A stretch of DNA of 64,000 nucleotides from a virus. The notes under the pieces were generated by a model, which saw nothing but the letters and a program-made list of their open reading frames with translations, did no database searches and was not told where the DNA came from. Shown piece after piece: positions 28,854 through 40,321 of this stretch. Positions within the stretch are counted from its first letter, which is position 1. Every line of letters begins with the position of its first letter. Location of the stretch: the IMG/VR virus record IMGVR_UViG_3300045988_182866. One strand, written 5' to 3'. A program made the translations under genes and the position numbers.

Positions 28854-31698
28854 TCCTTTAAATATCTCCAAGGTAATGATAAACTTTGAAATTAATTCAA
28901 TTATTAATTCTAATAGTGTTCCGTCTGAAGTTAAGGACACTATTAAACCTTATACATTTATTGAATTTATTTCAAAAACTTCTTTTGAAAATGATAAAGA
29001 AGTCTTTTTGACTTATTATAAAGAATATCTTACTGAATGGGCCAAAGTTAAAAATGATGACCATCAAATTATTGAGACTAAAGAATTAATTCAGTCTCAG
29101 ATTATTGATTTACTTAAAATTATTACTGTTTCTTATGCTACCTTTGAAGAACAGGTCTTTTTATCTAATCTAAATTGGAATTTTAATTCATTAGAAGATC
29201 CTAATGAGAAATTAAAGGCCAAAAATGCGATTTACTCAGCATTACCTATCTTTGTTTCCAGAATTAAAGATATTGCCGCTTTTTATAGAAATAAACGTAC
29301 CGAAGCAACTTTTGTAATTGAACGAAATAAGATTAAAGGTACTCAACTTTCTGTAGAAAAGATTATTTTTGATAAAATTTTAAGTTTTCTTTTTAATGAA
29401 AATCCTGAACAAGTAAATTATGTTCAAAATTATTTGAATGTCTCTATCGATAACTTTGTAGACATTTATTCTGATTATTTTGATATTGACCGGGCTTCAT
29501 CGCTTTCTTGTGACTATAACGATATTGATTCTTCTCTTTATTTTGAGTTAGAAAATATATTAAGAGACATGATCTTTGATGGAAATGTCTATCTTCGGGA
29601 AATTCCATTAATTGCCCAGCTTAGTCTCGACTTATCTCAGGATTGTGTTGGAGATAAACTTACGTTAAAGAATGAATTGCTGGAAAGCAGTAAAGTTTCT
29701 CTAATATCCAATGATGAAAAAATTAATATTAGAAAGAAACTTTATAAAAAGTACATTGGCGTTGATTTTTATTACTTGATTAAGGATTCCGAAGGTAATA
29801 TTACTACTGATGTATTCATTAAAGCTGATAATCCTTCAAACAATCTTCTAAACCAGCAAACTGTTGATACTCCATTTACTGAATCCAAACAATTAGAACT
29901 TCTCAAAAATATCGGTTTATTCTTTAAACCGGATAAAACAAGTTTACTTAGAGTTAATACAACTAACTTTGATTATTCTATTGATGAAAGTAAAGTGGAG
30001 CCTAATAAGGTTTACATTTTTCCTGATCCAAAAATTTATGGTAATGTAGCATTTAATCGACAAAAAGATTATCCTTATATTATTGAATATTCTTTAACTG
30101 AATATTCTAAAAACTTTAACTTTGGCTGGGCTGCTAACGATCCATTGGTTGTCAGTGATGCTCAGGCAATGTTTGCCTACTATTCTAAAGAACAAGATGT
30201 TGACAAGCTCAATAAAAATAATATTGTTTCTTTAAATTTCTATGAACTTTTTAATAAAGGATTTATAAGTTCCTTTAAATCTGACTTATATGGCAATAAA
30301 TTTGCTATTTTTAAAGAAAAAAATGGTAAATTTGCCCGAGATTGGAATTTTACTCCATTTATTCCTCAGCCCGAAGTAGAAGAAAAGTTTTTATTAGTCG
30401 ATGGAGGCGTTTTAGGAGTTGATGATGTAGGAGTTTCTACTGAAGTTTCGGCAGATAAAATTACATGGACTCCTGAAAATCATTATTATTCTTACTTTAT
30501 TGAAGGAGGTATAAGCACTCTTCTTCCAGCTTATTTCCGTGCTTATATTCCTAATGGTACAACAATTGGCAATGGTGATTTGACTCTTGCTATTGAAGAT
30601 ATTTTAAATGAACCATTTAGTGCTGTAATAGACGGCAAGTTTATTACAACTGACTATAACGAAATTATCGATAACAATCAGTTTACTTTACCTAAAATTT
30701 ATTATCAGAATGAAGAATATAAGACAGAGCCTCTTCCTGATTATCTAAAACCTGATTATGAAAAAAATAAGGAAAAGACTTATTTTGAAATTCTTGAAGA
30801 AAAAGGTACAATCTTAATTTCTATTACTGGATTAGGACAAATTACTGATATATATTCAGCATTTCCCTGGTGGCAAACTTCTGCCGATAATGAAATTTAT
30901 AATTTCTTTATTGAGAATGCTATTGATATTGATGTTATTGAGAATATATTCATCATTAAAGCTAAAAATCCAGCGACAGGAGCGGTTCATTTATTATTTG
31001 AAGGCATTAAATTTAATCCTCTGACTAATAAATTTGAGCAGCTCTTTACCAATAAACAAGCAATTTTCTTTAATAATGAAAATTCTTTGATTAAAGCTTC
31101 TTATTTTGATGCCTTTAATTACAAGAGTTTTGAACTTATTAATCCTGCTTTCTTTTCTGGAAATGCAAATATTTGTGATAAAGGTTCTGATATTTTCTAT
31201 ATTGAGAAGCTTCATAAATGTTATTTTGCAGTAATGAATGTTTCCATTAGTGAAAAATATGTCGATGGAACAAAAATTGAATTTCCTGTTTATTATCCGG
31301 ACATTTATGAAATTGATTTAATTAATTTTACCGTTAAAAAATATTATTTTCATACTGAAGAGCAAAAAGCTGAATCTTTCCAAATTCCTTCTTCTCTCTT
31401 TAAAAATGGATCAGTAATGATTCAAAAGGCTGGAAATCCATGCTTAACTTATTCATTCGATACAAATACATTTATGCTTTCTTATGTCTTATATGATGTG
31501 AATATGTGCCCTTATGTTTATAAACATTTCTTCCAATTAAGCGTATCTGGAGTTGAATTATTTGGAGAAATAGATCCAGATTCTTTAGACTCGACCGTTT
31601 ATAGTCCGGCATTTACCGGACAGGAATCTGTCATTACGCCAGGAGATAAAACAACGACTCTTTATCTGAATTTTAATACCAACTTTATTGTATCTTAA
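28831..31698 (+). CDS. Large structural protein (955 aa)
   Basis: ORF in the operon, overlapping its neighbours. Confidence 0.45.
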   Translation: MRILDSISPLNISKVMINFEINSIINSNSVPSEVKDTIKPYTFIEFISKTSFENDKEVFLTYYKEYLTEWAKVKNDDHQIIETKELIQSQIIDLLKIITVSYATFEEQVFLSNLNWNFNSLEDPNEKLKAKNAIYSALPIFVSRIKDIAAFYRNKRTEATFVIERNKIKGTQLSVEKIIFDKILSFLFNENPEQVNYVQNYLNVSIDNFVDIYSDYFDIDRASSLSCDYNDIDSSLYFELENILRDMIFDGNVYLREIPLIAQLSLDLSQDCVGDKLTLKNELLESSKVSLISNDEKINIRKKLYKKYIGVDFYYLIKDSEGNITTDVFIKADNPSNNLLNQQTVDTPFTESKQLELLKNIGLFFKPDKTSLLRVNTTNFDYSIDESKVEPNKVYIFPDPKIYGNVAFNRQKDYPYIIEYSLTEYSKNFNFGWAANDPLVVSDAQAMFAYYSKEQDVDKLNKNNIVSLNFYELFNKGFISSFKSDLYGNKFAIFKEKNGKFARDWNFTPFIPQPEVEEKFLLVDGGVLGVDDVGVSTEVSADKITWTPENHYYSYFIEGGISTLLPAYFRAYIPNGTTIGNGDLTLAIEDILNEPFSAVIDGKFITTDYNEIIDNNQFTLPKIYYQNEEYKTEPLPDYLKPDYEKNKEKTYFEILEEKGTILISITGLGQITDIYSAFPWWQTSADNEIYNFFIENAIDIDVIENIFIIKAKNPATGAVHLLFEGIKFNPLTNKFEQLFTNKQAIFFNNENSLIKASYFDAFNYKSFELINPAFFSGNANICDKGSDIFYIEKLHKCYFAVMNVSISEKYVDGTKIEFPVYYPDIYEIDLINFTVKKYYFHTEEQKAESFQIPSSLFKNGSVMIQKAGNPCLTYSFDTNTFMLSYVLYDVNMCPYVYKHFFQLSVSGVELFGEIDPDSLDSTVYSPAFTGQESVITPGDKTTTLYLNFNTNFIVS

Positions 31699-32288
31699 TG
31701 GATTCAAATGCTAAAGAAATTAGACCAGCAATCGAACTAGACAATCTTTTAGTCTGGGATGAGGCATCTTTGCCTGAATATCCTTCCGGAGAAAATATTT
31801 TAGTAGAAAATAATTCAGAAGTATTTCTTAATTTTTATTATACAAATTTTCATGCAATGCCTCCACTTTTTAGCCAGGGAGGAACAGTTACTAATAAAAT
31901 TACTAAAATTATTGTTGATTGGGGCGATGGTCAATCAAATGAATATAATTACCAGATCGACACCTTGAATATTAATTGGCTTAGAGATATTAGTACCTGG
32001 TTAGCTGAGATCGGTCCGCATCGATATAGCTTTCCTACGGGAGAAGAAGGCGAGAAATCAATAATTATTAAATTTTATGATTCTGCCAACTATTTTTATG
32101 GGCTTAAAATTAATTTAGATATTCTTTCTAAATCATTTTATAATTTAAAGTTTGAATTAGATGTACAGAAAGCAGTCTTTAATTCAGAACAATCTTCTGT
32201 GATTTTTAAAATTAATAAATCACAAGCTCCTGGTGAAATTCCTAATGATTTAGATGCTCAAATTCCCATAGTCTCGATTCTTAATTGA
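31698..32288 (+). CDS. Small structural protein with a PKD-like segment (196 aa)
   Basis: VDWGDGQSNEYNY...HRYSFPTGEEGEKSIIIKFYDSAN. TAATG overlap with the upstream gene. Confidence 0.4.
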   Translation: MDSNAKEIRPAIELDNLLVWDEASLPEYPSGENILVENNSEVFLNFYYTNFHAMPPLFSQGGTVTNKITKIIVDWGDGQSNEYNYQIDTLNINWLRDISTWLAEIGPHRYSFPTGEEGEKSIIIKFYDSANYFYGLKINLDILSKSFYNLKFELDVQKAVFNSEQSSVIFKINKSQAPGEIPNDLDAQIPIVSILN

Positions 32289-32304
32289 GCTTTAAATATC
32301 CTCA

Positions 32305-35300
32305 ATGAGTATCAGGCCTTTAAAGTCAAAGCCATTTAGTGAAATTAAAAATTTAGAATTATCTTATTTGGATAATTCTTTAGAGTTTCTTAATACCTCT
32401 TACTCAACTTCTGAATCTTTTAATTTTAATCTTTATAATGCCCTTAAAAATATAAATGATCTTACGGTCAATAATTATTCTTATTTTTTCCTGGGTAAAA
32501 AAGATTTATACACTAACTGGTTAAAGGCTAATATTAAAGAAAATGAAACAAATGGTTATATTACTCCTATTACTTTCATTTTAGAAGGTAAACCTGCTTT
32601 TCTATACCTTAATCAACAAAATATTAGTCTTACACCGGACCATAAATTAACTTGGGATACCGATTTTACTCTTTATTCAGTTGAAACAGTTTTAGCCCAG
32701 GGAATTGATCCTGCTATTCAACAAAATTATCTGTTTATTATTGAATATATTGAGGGGACTAATAAATGTTATATTAAACATATTAACGGTAAAACTGACT
32801 ATTATCTCATTAACAGAAAATGGGACTATAGGCTAAACCAGTATACTGGGGGGCCTTGTGATGATCTTTGGTTCTCTTCTCAAAAAGATTTAGCCGAAGT
32901 ATTCGGTCAGTTTAACTTTATTAAAACTGGAGATACTTTTCTTTTTTATCTTGCTTGTACTGATGATTATAAAGTACAAAGGCAAGACGGCACATATATG
33001 TGGGTTTCTGCCAAATATAATTTGGAATATGAAGCTTCGGAAAATAATTATAAGTTGAAAGTTCCTCAAACTTCTCCAGAAAACCTTCTTTATTATATTG
33101 ATCCACAATATATTGGTCAAATTGTCCAACTTGACAGCTATAATGGAAGATTAAGAAGTCTTGGTCCTGATTCTATGAACGATACTAAACTTACTTTGGT
33201 ATCTAATCCAGACCTTGCTCCATTGGTTAATTATAATGGAAAAAACTACAATGTAATTTCAACAATTACTGATAAATTTACTGATTTAACAGATTATATC
33301 AATACTTCCTGGATTTCTTATAAAGATAGGAACTTTGCTAATGTAAATGTAGAAAAATCTGCGTATAATTTAGAGAGCCAATGCCTTTTTCATCTTCAAT
33401 ATAACAATATTGATGATAAATTTTCCACAACACTCAATATTATTCCTTTAAAAAATCATCTTTCTCCTAAAAACTTCGCAATAAGAGGAGATTATCTTAA
33501 TACGGGAACAAATAATGATCCTAATGTAGATTTTCGCGAATATACATCATTAGAAACAGGTACAAATCAAGAATTTGGCAATTCTACTGTTACTTTAAAT
33601 TATATTTTCTATGATATTGAATATATTATCAATCCTGGGGAAGATTTAGCCTTTTCTATTGGTGCAAATGAAGATAATGATAGAGGAGTTGCTTTATATC
33701 CCTTCCAAAAACTTAATATCAATGATACCAAATTTGTTAAAAACGGATCTTTTGGCTCTACTAACCCATTTTTATCTGACAAAGTTAAAAAGTTACAAAC
33801 CAATTCTGTTTTTTCAAATAATGGAAGGTATCTTCATACATGGTTATACCAGTCTAAATCAAATCCATACGGTATTTGGCTAGACCGTTATTATTATCCT
33901 AATATTATCTCCAAGCAAGATGCTTTAAAGGGCAAAGTTAATTTTGATCCTGCCTCTTTTAATGACATTATTGACAAAGATTATATTCAATCTGATGAAT
34001 TATTCTATTCATATATTCAGGACGCACCTTACTTTGACAAGCAAAGCGACCTGATGTTTGAACAAAATGGACAATATGTCTATTCCAGGGTGGGAAAAGA
34101 TCAAGTTAATGCGATTATTTCTAATATTTCTGATGCCAAAGAATATGAATTATCTTCTTATTCCAGTAATGAAGAAGTAGTAACAATTAATAATCTCAAT
34201 ATTAAAAATTCTGGTATTTTGGACCTGAATTTTGATATATATCTTGATTCAGATAAAGTTTATGGGCTTGATTTATTTGCAAATTCTTCCACTAATGGAT
34301 TAAGCATCAGTAATCTTAATGATGTTACCCCATTTCTTTATACTTTTGACAATTACTATGATTCTAATAATAATTTGTCAAATGCTATTGTAACATTACA
34401 TAATACTAATTTTGATATTATTAAGCAACTTGATATTCAACATTTATACAAAAATAATGAGGAAATTTTAGGTTTAGCCCTTAATATTCCCTATGAAGAT
34501 TTTGCTATTATTGGTTCAGAATATGTCTATATTGTTTCTTATGACTTGATTCTCAAAGAACGAATTAAGCTTGTTAACGAGAATGAAGTTCTTAAAAAAG
34601 TTAATATTATTAATAATAAACTTTTTTATCTTATTGACAAGCAATATAAATTTAATCTTCCTGATAATCAAACAGATATTTTTAGGCATTTTTATGTTCT
34701 TGATCTTGATAGAACAACAGATGAAGTATCTGAATTAATGGCATATATTCCCGGAACTTCAAGATTAGTTTATAAAGTTACTGATTTAACTCAAAATAAA
34801 CTTTATCCGGTATATTATTCTTCATCAGCCGGTGAAAATGATAATAATATTGTTTTCGACCATATTGATTTAAACGGAAAACAGGTATATCGTACACAAA
34901 ATTCCGACATCGCTCCTTTACCAGAAGGATTATTAGAAAGTACATATGTTTATCTGTTAGATGATACAGGATTTAGTAAAGAGCAAAATTATTATTGTCC
35001 GGATTTAAGAGTAGCTGAATCTTTATTGACAGTTACTTCTCAGGGTGTTAATTCAATCTTTATTGATAAAGATGATACGGCATACGCTTTCCCGTATATT
35101 CAAGTTACTAAGCAAAATATAGAAGATGGCTTGTTTGGTATTCGAGAACGTGTGCCAGATGCTCTTTATCAGATTGAAAATATTGATTTAAATGATTATA
35201 AGCAAAGGGTTATTGATTTACCGGATGCTAATATCATCTTTACTTCTTACAATAGGATATTTGATATTTCAGTCAATGATTTAAATCAATTTGCCTGTTT

Positions 35301-36267
35301 AAAATACCAAAGCAACAAAACCAGTGATTCTAAAAAGTTGGAATTACAACTTTTTGACCGGGCAAAACGTCCGCAAAGATCTATAATTGTGGGCGATTTG
35401 TACGATAATGCTTTTGGATTAGATGCTCTCAAAATTTATAATAAAGGAAACCTTGAAAATGATTTTGTTCTTTTTACTTCAAAATATGATAAAGAATTTG
35501 AGGTTACTAATTATTATGTATTAATAGTTGACCAAAATTATCAGTCGTCTGAGCATCAATTAACTTTCGAAGTAAGCCCTGATTTAACTTCTTGTACAAA
35601 TTATTCTCAAATTATTACTACTCGGGATATTAATGTTCTTAATTTTTCATTAAACCTTCCCAAGAGTTCTTTAATAAATGATAAATTTGTTTATAGCTTT
35701 GCTTTAGATGAAATTATTGCAGGATGGTATAATTTCCGAGTTATTATTGATCTTAATAATGGAGTATTTGAAGTTTATGAAAATGAACAACTTCTTCCCA
35801 TTAAAAGAAAAATTACTATCAATCCTAATGTTTATAATTTAAAGAATGTTTTTAATTATCCATTTATTTTAGGAACGGCATCTTATAAAAATGCAGTAAC
35901 TTTAAATGACTTTTTAGGATTTAAAGATGAAAAGTCTTTTAATGCGGTTAATTTTAGAATTAAAAACTTTTTACTTTATTCTAAATTATTATCTGAAGAT
36001 GAAAGACAAGCCCTTCTTTTATCTTTTTCTGATTTAGAGCCTCTAACTATTACTTTACCAGGCGGACAACGTAATAATTTTGAAGAAATTATTCGTTATT
36101 TCAAATATAATCCGCCTGCTAATATGTCCAATACCATAAGAATTAATATTAAAAATTCCGGTATTACTAAATTAAGTGACCAGCAAAATCTTTCTTTGGA
36201 TATTCTTAGAAAGATCAATGAAGAACTTGCAGTTCCATTAAACATTAAAGAAATTAAATTTATCTAA
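32305..36267 (+). CDS. Very large structural protein, likely a fiber/baseplate component (1320 aa)
   Basis: Longest ORF in the window, inside the late operon. Confidence 0.5.
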   Translation: MSIRPLKSKPFSEIKNLELSYLDNSLEFLNTSYSTSESFNFNLYNALKNINDLTVNNYSYFFLGKKDLYTNWLKANIKENETNGYITPITFILEGKPAFLYLNQQNISLTPDHKLTWDTDFTLYSVETVLAQGIDPAIQQNYLFIIEYIEGTNKCYIKHINGKTDYYLINRKWDYRLNQYTGGPCDDLWFSSQKDLAEVFGQFNFIKTGDTFLFYLACTDDYKVQRQDGTYMWVSAKYNLEYEASENNYKLKVPQTSPENLLYYIDPQYIGQIVQLDSYNGRLRSLGPDSMNDTKLTLVSNPDLAPLVNYNGKNYNVISTITDKFTDLTDYINTSWISYKDRNFANVNVEKSAYNLESQCLFHLQYNNIDDKFSTTLNIIPLKNHLSPKNFAIRGDYLNTGTNNDPNVDFREYTSLETGTNQEFGNSTVTLNYIFYDIEYIINPGEDLAFSIGANEDNDRGVALYPFQKLNINDTKFVKNGSFGSTNPFLSDKVKKLQTNSVFSNNGRYLHTWLYQSKSNPYGIWLDRYYYPNIISKQDALKGKVNFDPASFNDIIDKDYIQSDELFYSYIQDAPYFDKQSDLMFEQNGQYVYSRVGKDQVNAIISNISDAKEYELSSYSSNEEVVTINNLNIKNSGILDLNFDIYLDSDKVYGLDLFANSSTNGLSISNLNDVTPFLYTFDNYYDSNNNLSNAIVTLHNTNFDIIKQLDIQHLYKNNEEILGLALNIPYEDFAIIGSEYVYIVSYDLILKERIKLVNENEVLKKVNIINNKLFYLIDKQYKFNLPDNQTDIFRHFYVLDLDRTTDEVSELMAYIPGTSRLVYKVTDLTQNKLYPVYYSSSAGENDNNIVFDHIDLNGKQVYRTQNSDIAPLPEGLLESTYVYLLDDTGFSKEQNYYCPDLRVAESLLTVTSQGVNSIFIDKDDTAYAFPYIQVTKQNIEDGLFGIRERVPDALYQIENIDLNDYKQRVIDLPDANIIFTSYNRIFDISVNDLNQFACLKYQSNKTSDSKKLELQLFDRAKRPQRSIIVGDLYDNAFGLDALKIYNKGNLENDFVLFTSKYDKEFEVTNYYVLIVDQNYQSSEHQLTFEVSPDLTSCTNYSQIITTRDINVLNFSLNLPKSSLINDKFVYSFALDEIIAGWYNFRVIIDLNNGVFEVYENEQLLPIKRKITINPNVYNLKNVFNYPFILGTASYKNAVTLNDFLGFKDEKSFNAVNFRIKNFLLYSKLLSEDERQALLLSFSDLEPLTITLPGGQRNNFEEIIRYFKYNPPANMSNTIRINIKNSGITKLSDQQNLSLDILRKINEELAVPLNIKEIKFI

Positions 36268-38681
36268 TGACTAAAAAATATTATTCTACTAATGAATATT
36301 TTCTAATTGATCCGATTACAAAAGAACAAATACCTTATGAAGGCTATGTTCTTGTAGAAAATAATATTCCTTATACATTCGATGATAAAAAAGAACTAGT
36401 CATAGGTAATAATTATACAACAAAGATTAATTTATCTAATGATTTCTTTGATAGATTGTTAGATGTTGATCTTAAATTGCCTTATAATTTAGCTGATTGT
36501 ACTTTTGCAGCTAACGATTTCCTTAAAGCATCTGTTATTAATAAAATTATTAATAATTTAGAAGCAAATAACACCTATATCTTTAAAAATTGTCTTATTG
36601 CTCAAAATGACTTGCCTTTAAGCGAAAAAATCCCAGTTTTATCTCCCCATAGACCATTTGCTTCTGAAGATAAAACTGAATTTGGCCCGGTAGACGGATG
36701 GTTTTATTCCAACATATCTTATAGTACTCCCCAAAATATTTGGAATAAATTAGATTGGCCTGATACTGTTGAGGGTTATAATTGGGGAACTGAAGATATT
36801 ATTGATAGTATTGTTGTTCCAACTAATAAATTTACTGATAAGAAAGATGCCGATGGAAACCCAATGAAACTATATGCTGTTTTTATTGGAAGATCTACTT
36901 CTATTCAGCTGATGAACCTTTACTTATTTCCTTATGATGAATTACAGCAAAGTTCAGATCCTTTATTAAATGAAGGAGACCATGCTGAAGAATTAAATCA
37001 ACGAATGTTTGAAGAAATCTCTTCAATTAATAATCAAAATATTAGTGGTTCTAATGTCAATAATTTGAATATCTTTACATTTTCTAAAATTGATCCAAAT
37101 AACATTGACTCAGCTTCATTTAAAAATATTTCTGGAATAGCTTTAGATGGAAATTACTTGTATGTAATTGATAATCAGTTAAATGGTCTTTTTAAATATG
37201 ATATTTCCAAATGTTTATCTGATCGAGGAGCTGCAACAAATAGAATAATGCTTGTTGACCAAATTCAAGGTTTTGGAGATTTAAATCAGCCTTATCGATT
37301 TAATAATCCACAATCTATTGCGGCATTTGATAATACAATCACTGTCTTCGATAAAGGAAATAATGTAATCAAAGTTCTCGATAACTTCTTCAACCATAAA
37401 TTTACCATTCGTTCAGGCGGATTTATTCGTCAAAATACAAGAACAGTGTCAATTTGCCCTTATGAATTTATTCTTAATGAAGAAACTATAGAAAAAGGTT
37501 CAATTTGGGTAATTACTGAAGCTGCAGATAAAATTATTATTAATATTTTCTCTAATAAAGGAGAATACTTGGGTGATTATCAAGTTCTTTATCTTGAACT
37601 ACTTAAAACTTACTGGTATAATCCTGAAGATGGACAACCTTCTTCAGATGAGCCAATCTATAATCAAGAAATCGTTAAAAAAATTGATTTCTCATATAAT
37701 AATTCAAATTATTTCTATATTGTTACTAATAAACGAATTGTTAAATTTCAGCTGTCTAAATTAACTTATCCGATTGGAATTATTTCTTATTATTACCGTT
37801 CAATTACTCTCGACGATTTAGTTTGGGAAAATGTTTACATGCCCTGGGAAAATGTTCAAGACTTAGGGAATAATTTAATTCCTTGGGATTATGATCGTTC
37901 TACAGAATTATCCGCTTATCCTCAAAATGTTTGTTTTTCCATAACAGGAACTCCTGAATTAAATGAAGATGTTATTTTTAATATCATTGATAATAGAAGT
38001 TATTATGGACAAGGAAAGTTGCAAAGAGTAGATAATTACACAGATAATAAACTACTTTATTATGATAAGAACAGGAACTATACCTATCTTAAAATAAATC
38101 CGGAGGGAGGGGCTAACCCACCAGTTTTAGTGAATACAGGTGATATTGTAGATGAATACCGTCCTTCTGCTCAAAATACCCCGGAAAAAGTTGAAGGTAA
38201 AACATTTGTTATTAAAGAAGAGGAAGTTATTTCTAAGCTCCATAAGAATGTTATCCTTTTCTTTAAAGAACCGAATATTTTAAAGTCTTCTTTATTAAAA
38301 TCTGATATTAACGTTTATTCTGAAGAAGAATTAAGCTTTAAAGATAATCAAGAATACTATAATGTCCTTACATTTAATAAAATTCTTTATAAACTTTTCT
38401 TTAACTTATCAGAAATTAAGAAATATATCTTCGGAACATTTGTTGGAGGTTATAGTATTGACGGGTTGATGACTTATGACCATGTTAAGCCTGATTCATC
38501 TTTTCAGGAATTAGGTTCTGATAAAGAAAATTTCTTCATGGGAGAGAATGAGTTAACATCAATTATCCTTAATAGATGCTTTACCTCAATCTATAATACT
38601 CAAGTAAATATCATCAAGAAAATGCAGACTAGTTTTATTAGTACGCTTAACTATAACATTAATTCTTACCGAATCATCTAA
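36267..38681 (+). CDS. Large structural protein with beta-propeller-like repeats (804 aa)
   Basis: NHL/YVTN-like repeats (GIALDGNYLYVIDNQLNGLFKYD, AFDNTITVFDKGNNVIKVLD). TAATG overlap with the upstream gene. Confidence 0.45.
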   Translation: MTKKYYSTNEYFLIDPITKEQIPYEGYVLVENNIPYTFDDKKELVIGNNYTTKINLSNDFFDRLLDVDLKLPYNLADCTFAANDFLKASVINKIINNLEANNTYIFKNCLIAQNDLPLSEKIPVLSPHRPFASEDKTEFGPVDGWFYSNISYSTPQNIWNKLDWPDTVEGYNWGTEDIIDSIVVPTNKFTDKKDADGNPMKLYAVFIGRSTSIQLMNLYLFPYDELQQSSDPLLNEGDHAEELNQRMFEEISSINNQNISGSNVNNLNIFTFSKIDPNNIDSASFKNISGIALDGNYLYVIDNQLNGLFKYDISKCLSDRGAATNRIMLVDQIQGFGDLNQPYRFNNPQSIAAFDNTITVFDKGNNVIKVLDNFFNHKFTIRSGGFIRQNTRTVSICPYEFILNEETIEKGSIWVITEAADKIIINIFSNKGEYLGDYQVLYLELLKTYWYNPEDGQPSSDEPIYNQEIVKKIDFSYNNSNYFYIVTNKRIVKFQLSKLTYPIGIISYYYRSITLDDLVWENVYMPWENVQDLGNNLIPWDYDRSTELSAYPQNVCFSITGTPELNEDVIFNIIDNRSYYGQGKLQRVDNYTDNKLLYYDKNRNYTYLKINPEGGANPPVLVNTGDIVDEYRPSAQNTPEKVEGKTFVIKEEEVISKLHKNVILFFKEPNILKSSLLKSDINVYSEEELSFKDNQEYYNVLTFNKILYKLFFNLSEIKKYIFGTFVGGYSIDGLMTYDHVKPDSSFQELGSDKENFFMGENELTSIILNRCFTSIYNTQVNIIKKMQTSFISTLNYNINSYRII

Positions 38682-40321
38682 TGGCTCAACAATTTTCATC
38701 TCTTATTAAATTTCGTCGTGGTTTAAAAGAACAGCGATTAAAAACTTCTTTCCAAGAAGGCGAACCTGTTTATGAAACAGATACAAAACGTTTATTCATT
38801 GGAGTAGGAGATAATAATGAAGCTTCTGTTGGTCCTGAAACAGTCGGTGGTATTATTACATCTAATTTAACTTTTATTGGGCCTGCTTCCAGTGATCCTT
38901 CTCCTGATACTGAGCCGCGGTCTTATTCCGGAGACTTAATGTATGCCAATAATAAGCTTTGGAGAATGGGAGACTCTAATTGGGAAGATATTTCTCCTAA
39001 AGTAGATGGGATTACTTTAGCATATAATGCAAATAATGAACTTCAGGTTCTTTCCGGAGCATTTTCTGTTACTGCCGGGAATGGTATCTCTATTACCTCA
39101 GGAAATACTGTCAATATTAAGAATTCTCCTCAAAATATTCTTCAAATTGTTAATGGTGAATTAACAATTCCTCAAGGAAGTATAACCGCCGATTATTTTT
39201 CTACTGAAACTTTTAGTTCTGACTATTTCACAATTATTGGATCTCTTATCCAAATTAATTTAGATCCTAATTATTTTTCTACGACTGGAAATATTAAAAT
39301 TACTAAAGTTCCAGCCGGTGAAAAGAATGATACATTAACAACTGTTGATAATAAACAAGTCGGTACTGTAAATGCTGTCATTACCAATCGTTTAGGAGAA
39401 AGTTCCGGTGGTATTACTCTTGATTCTAATTTAAATCTTCAAATTGATCCTCAAGTAACAGTCATTAATGATGAAACTAATCAAATCACAGGGTTAAAAC
39501 CTGGTATTGGTGATGTTTTAGCAGTGAATGATTCCACCTCTAAAGCCTATAATGGATCTATCTCTGATTATTTTGATGAAGATATTAAATGGACTGGTCA
39601 TGAAAGAACTGAAATAAGTCTTTTTGAAGAAGACCGGTTAAATGCACCCAATCCGATGACCGTTTTTTCTGGCGGCATGATTTTAATGGATATGGGGACT
39701 ACAAAAACCGGAAAAGGATATAAGCGGTATGCCGTCCCGGTTTTTGAATTACCGGAACCACCTGAAATTTATCATATTGAATTGGGAAGTGACAATACTC
39801 CAGGAAGTATTATCGGTGATAACCTTGGAGGAATTCGAGTATGGACCATAGAATCAAATACCAAGCCCATAGAAAATATAGTAGCAGGCAGTAGTATTGA
39901 TTTACTGCATGGGACAAATAGGTTAGAATTAACTTCACCTATTTCTATTCCTCCAGATGGACAAGTTATTGCTAAAAATTATATTGGTACACTTAATTTA
40001 GCGGATTATACTGCCAATAATCCAATTATTCGCCAGGTAACTTATGAAGGCTCAGGAACTCCTGTCACCAGTATTTCAATTGATATATTCAATGTTAATT
40101 CTACTAAAGCCAATTTTACAAAGGTAGAATATGCTTTAGTTTCAGCTCCTGAAACAAATATTAATATTCCAACATTTGATGTACAAGAGAATTCAGAATA
40201 TCCTGGAATTAATAGTTTTGTTAATGTATCAACTTGGCCTTCCGGAGCTCCTAACTGGGAAGATATTTCTTCTGTTACTGTAACTTACAGTGGAACAGTT
40301 ATCAAATATACTATTCACTAA
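38681..40321 (+). CDS. Tail fiber protein with the conserved fiber N-terminal motif
   Basis: N-terminus IKFRRGLKEQRLKTSFQEGEPVYETDTKRLFIGVGD matches the widespread phage-fiber N-terminus (lRRGt...GEPgYetDTgklkIGDG). Confidence 0.6.
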   Translation: MAQQFSSLIKFRRGLKEQRLKTSFQEGEPVYETDTKRLFIGVGDNNEASVGPETVGGIITSNLTFIGPASSDPSPDTEPRSYSGDLMYANNKLWRMGDSNWEDISPKVDGITLAYNANNELQVLSGAFSVTAGNGISITSGNTVNIKNSPQNILQIVNGELTIPQGSITADYFSTETFSSDYFTIIGSLIQINLDPNYFSTTGNIKITKVPAGEKNDTLTTVDNKQVGTVNAVITNRLGESSGGITLDSNLNLQIDPQVTVINDETNQITGLKPGIGDVLAVNDSTSKAYNGSISDYFDEDIKWTGHERTEISLFEEDRLNAPNPMTVFSGGMILMDMGTTKTGKGYKRYAVPVFELPEPPEIYHIELGSDNTPGSIIGDNLGGIRVWTIESNTKPIENIVAGSSIDLLHGTNRLELTSPISIPPDGQVIAKNYIGTLNLADYTANNPIIRQVTYEGSGTPVTSISIDIFNVNSTKANFTKVEYALVSAPETNINIPTFDVQENSEYPGINSFVNVSTWPSGAPNWEDISSVTVTYSGTVIKYTIH

